Assembly: GCA_016618085.1 (NCBI GenBank)
Contig: JABLTG010000015.1
Coordinates: 1-64,000, forward strand
DNA length: 64,000 nt
Reading direction: 5' to 3'
Source of the DNA: Neovahlkampfia damariscottae
Lineage: Eukaryota
This document shows positions 61,009 to 64,000 of this stretch, one piece after another; position 1 is the first letter of the stretch, and the number at the start of each line of letters is the position of its first letter. The translations under genes were made by a program, and so were the position numbers. Below the pieces are notes generated by a model. That model was not told the DNA's origin. It saw only the letters and a list, made by a program, of their open reading frames with translations, and did no database searches.

Positions 61009-62076
61009 TCAACGAAATTTGAACTTCAAATTTGTCAAATTTTTCATTGACCATATCTGTTGATCTCTGAGATCCAAAAAAATTTTATAATTGAATACTC
61101 TTGCTTCTGATGATTGCACAAATATATCTAAAATAATTTTAGTGGGTGTCACAATCAACTGATCCGTGGATTCACCAGCAACAAAATTCATACCCAAATC
61201 AAAGGAAAATAATATTTCTCTGAATTTGATGGAAAAGCAATACAACATTCTGACGTCATGATCAATGATAAATATCTCATTTCCAGTATGAGAAAATTGT
61301 ATTTTAAAAATTTGAAAATCAAAAACATGTCGAAATTGAAATCGCAAATTATTTCCATCAATTTCAAAAAAATCAAATGATTCATGAGATGAAGAAGCTG
61401 CAAACATACCATTTTTTGATATTACAACGTCAAAAATATCATCTAGGCATGGGAATTTCATCACTTTAAATTCTAAATTTTTCAAAGAAATCAACATCCA
61501 TTTGCTGCCTAAAATATCAGATTCTTTGTAACAACATATTAGAAATCCTCCTTCTATTTTTGAATCAACTAATCTAAGTTTCAATTTAGTGAACAAGTCA
61601 ATTGTTGTTGAAAACAATAATTTCTTTTTCAAATGATATCTCAAAATGCTTCCATCTTGCAGAAAAATATAAATATTGTCTTGATAATAGGAAATTCTTT
61701 TAATATAGTATCCACAATCCAATTCAAAATGATCAAATTTTTCTTCCTTCAAATCAAAAATTGAGATAAGACAACATAAATCATTAGTATCCAGAAGATG
61801 AATTAAAAATCTCATATCATCTGAAATTAAAGTATAATATATTTTTCTTGTGTCTTTTTTGATTATTTTGGTTTTATAATTTTCTAATGAATAAGAGAGT
61901 GTCAATTTTTCACTTTGGAAAATTAAAATGTTTTCCTCGTTATTTCGTGGTAAGCAAATCCTGGTGATATTTTGATGTTCAAGATTCAATTGATATTCTT
62001 CTATTTCATTAAAACAACCTCCAGAAACCTTTTCATTTTGCTTGTTTACACCACGGAACCAGTTGAACAAAAACAT
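61009..62076 (-). CDS. Hypothetical beta-propeller-like protein (start uncertain)
   Basis: Long intronless ORF with WD-like segments (VVISKNGMFAASSS, IQFSHTGNEIFI). Confidence 0.55.
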   Translation of the reverse strand: MFLFNWFRGVNKQNEKVSGGCFNEIEEYQLNLEHQNITRICLPRNNEENILIFQSEKLTLSYSLENYKTKIIKKDTRKIYYTLISDDMRFLIHLLDTNDLCCLISIFDLKEEKFDHFELDCGYYIKRISYYQDNIYIFLQDGSILRYHLKKKLLFSTTIDLFTKLKLRLVDSKIEGGFLICCYKESDILGSKWMLISLKNLEFKVMKFPCLDDIFDVVISKNGMFAASSSHESFDFFEIDGNNLRFQFRHVFDFQIFKIQFSHTGNEIFIIDHDVRMLYCFSIKFREILFSFDLGMNFVAGESTDQLIVTPTKIILDIFVQSSEARVFNYKIFLDLRDQQIWSMKNLTNLKFKFR

Positions 62077-62239
62077 AAAAAAGAAAATGATTGGATGAAC
62101 ATAAATTTTCATTTTCCAAATAAATTTATTCAATTTGAACTTTCAAATTTATTCTTCATTCATGAAATTTTGTTTTTAAAATTTACAATAAAAAATGAGT
62201 GAGCAATGCACTCAACAATCCACACCCAATTAAAATTGA

Positions 62240-62623
62240 CCAAGTTTTTTTGATAATTTTCCATCTGAATTCAGAATCTTCAATAACAAATTTAGTATGA
62301 TTTGTTTTGTGTGCTTGTCCTAAAACTCCTAAAATTTTGATTAATTTTCTGTTGATTTTACCTGCACCTCAAATACCCATTTTTCCTTGTAGATATTGTG
62401 TGAAGCAGACTCCTAGAAAGAAAAAGTTGATAAATTTGTGGAATGGATAAATGTAGCCTATTTTGTACGTCACTGTTGTGTAAATTGATAAAATTAAGAA
62501 AATCCAAGAAACCATTAGTCTGTATTGTCCTCTGTCTGTTGTTTCATTACAAACATTCTTTGTGAAGTAATCATATAATTGTTCATTTGAACTGTGAGCA
62601 TTTACACTGTCGTCAATGACCAT
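62240..62623 (-). pseudogene. Short membrane-protein gene fragment with in-frame TGA
   Basis: The ORF stops at TGA 62369-62371, but the frame continues GA, then a GT-AG intron, then GVLGQAHK before ending. Confidence 0.35.
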
Positions 62624-62939
62624 CGGATAAATTCGGAGAAAAAAACTGAACTCATTGATTGGCCAAGATTCACTTAAAATTGGTTCTTTTTTTGAAAGAA
62701 ATTTTGATGTTGTCGGATTTGAAGTGGCCTTTGTGTGTCGGTTGGGTTTAGCTTCAAATTGATATCATTTTTGTTCTTTTCACGAATTGATCTTCGTTTG
62801 ATGTTGATTAGTTTTTAAATGAGGTTCAATTCACTGCAGTTTTTTTAACAATACAATCATTGAAATGATAAATTGGAGATAAATAAAGAAAAAAATTCTT
62901 TTTCGAGATAAATTTGTCGATTTTCATTGTTCAACAAAA

Positions 62940-64000
62940 ATGATTGGTCAGAACCAAATCGATTTACAGAACGGAGGTGTTGTTTTTGATTCTTCACAAA
63001 CATTGAAATCCAACCTTAATTCAATAATAGAACTTCAAAAAATAATTTCAACTTCATTTGGACCAAATTCTTCTGATAAATTATTTCAAGATAAAGATTC
63101 AGAAGTTTTTTTATCAAATGATGGTAATTTTTTTGTTTTTTCTTTTAAAAAATAATAGGAGCTACTATAGTAAAATGTCTAAAAATCCAACATCCATGCG
63201 CCAAGTTATTTGTAGACTTAAGTTCAACTCAATCCAAAAAATTTGGTGATGGAACCACAACTGCAATGTTATACTCATCAGAATTGTTAAAAATAAGTTA
63301 TGAATTGGTTCATAAAGAAAATTATTCAATCGAAGAAATTTCAAAAAAGTTTCACCAAGCAAAGCAAATGTCCATAAAATTTTTGAAGGAAAACTCAAAA
63401 AAGTTGAATCAAGAAATTTTGTTAAACGCAATTAAAACAGTATTAATTTCAAAACAAATACGATATGAAATTGATTTATTCACAAAATTGATGCTTGACG
63501 CTGTAAAAGAGTCTCAAATTCAGGAGAATATTGAAGTTATGAGTTTGAATGGAAATTTAAAAGAGTCTGAATTGATTGAAGGATATTTATTATATCATAA
63601 AGATATTGATTATTTTGAAGCTAGAAAAGATGCCAAAATAGCTTTTGTAAACATTCCAATGTTTAAATCTTCAACTCATTTACAATTCGAAAATAGTGAT
63701 TTTATTGCTCTACAAGATGAATTAATTGAAATAGAAGCTGATGTGATATTATGTACAAGAGAATTTCCGTATGAAGAATGTAGTTTCACAAACCAAAATG
63801 TTCTGATTTTTGAACATATTGATGAAGAAGTAATTGAAAAAATTTCACACAAATTTCAACTTCCAATAAGCAGATCATTGAAAATATTAGACATATTTAC
63901 ATGTCAAAATATGAAGTATTATGATAAAAATCATTTCATTTTAAATTTTTCTCAACAAAAAATTTCAACAATTTTGGTGAAAGCTGCTTCATTCAGTTCA
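62940..64000 (+). CDS. Divergent group II chaperonin-like protein (CCT or BBS6/10/12-like), 3'-partial
   Basis: STSFGPNSSDK, SNDGATI (spliced across intron 63124-63158), IQHPCAK and GDGTTT; apical region strongly diverged. Confidence 0.8.

Overview
AT-rich, very gene-dense eukaryotic nuclear DNA, not prokaryotic. About 35 protein genes are split by tiny GT-AG introns (27-40 nt), so the ORF track fragments most of them and misses MPC2 entirely. The Cys-rich EGF-repeat surface protein, three 7TM-RGS proteins and the intron style suggest a heterolobosean amoeba related to Naegleria (inference only). Recognisable genes: RAB3GAP2, an ABC1 kinase, a CH-filamin-spectrin cross-linker, a SEL1-repeat protein, MPC2, an OSBP-like protein, TUG/ASPSCR1, TrpRS, WDR43/UTP5, PEX7, BIG/Sec7 Arf-GEF, an ammonium transporter, a thioredoxin-thioredoxin reductase fusion, PPPDE-PUL, a chaperonin-like gene and an intron-containing tRNA-Tyr. 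Main observations: (1) a frame-required 4-nt micro-exon and a probable 3-nt micro-exon between paired mini-introns; (2) an intronless accessory island (about 34.3-37.9 kb) that truncates an MFS gene and carries a large foldback palindrome, 73-bp direct repeats and a DEDDh exonuclease; (3) a myristoylated MACPF-like protein with no signal peptide; (4) PEX7 ending in the PTS1 tripeptide SKL; (5) a window-wide layout with a CCAAT box just upstream of the ATG and AATAAA fused to the stop codon. Gene models were spliced by eye and family calls come from motif recognition, not database searches.
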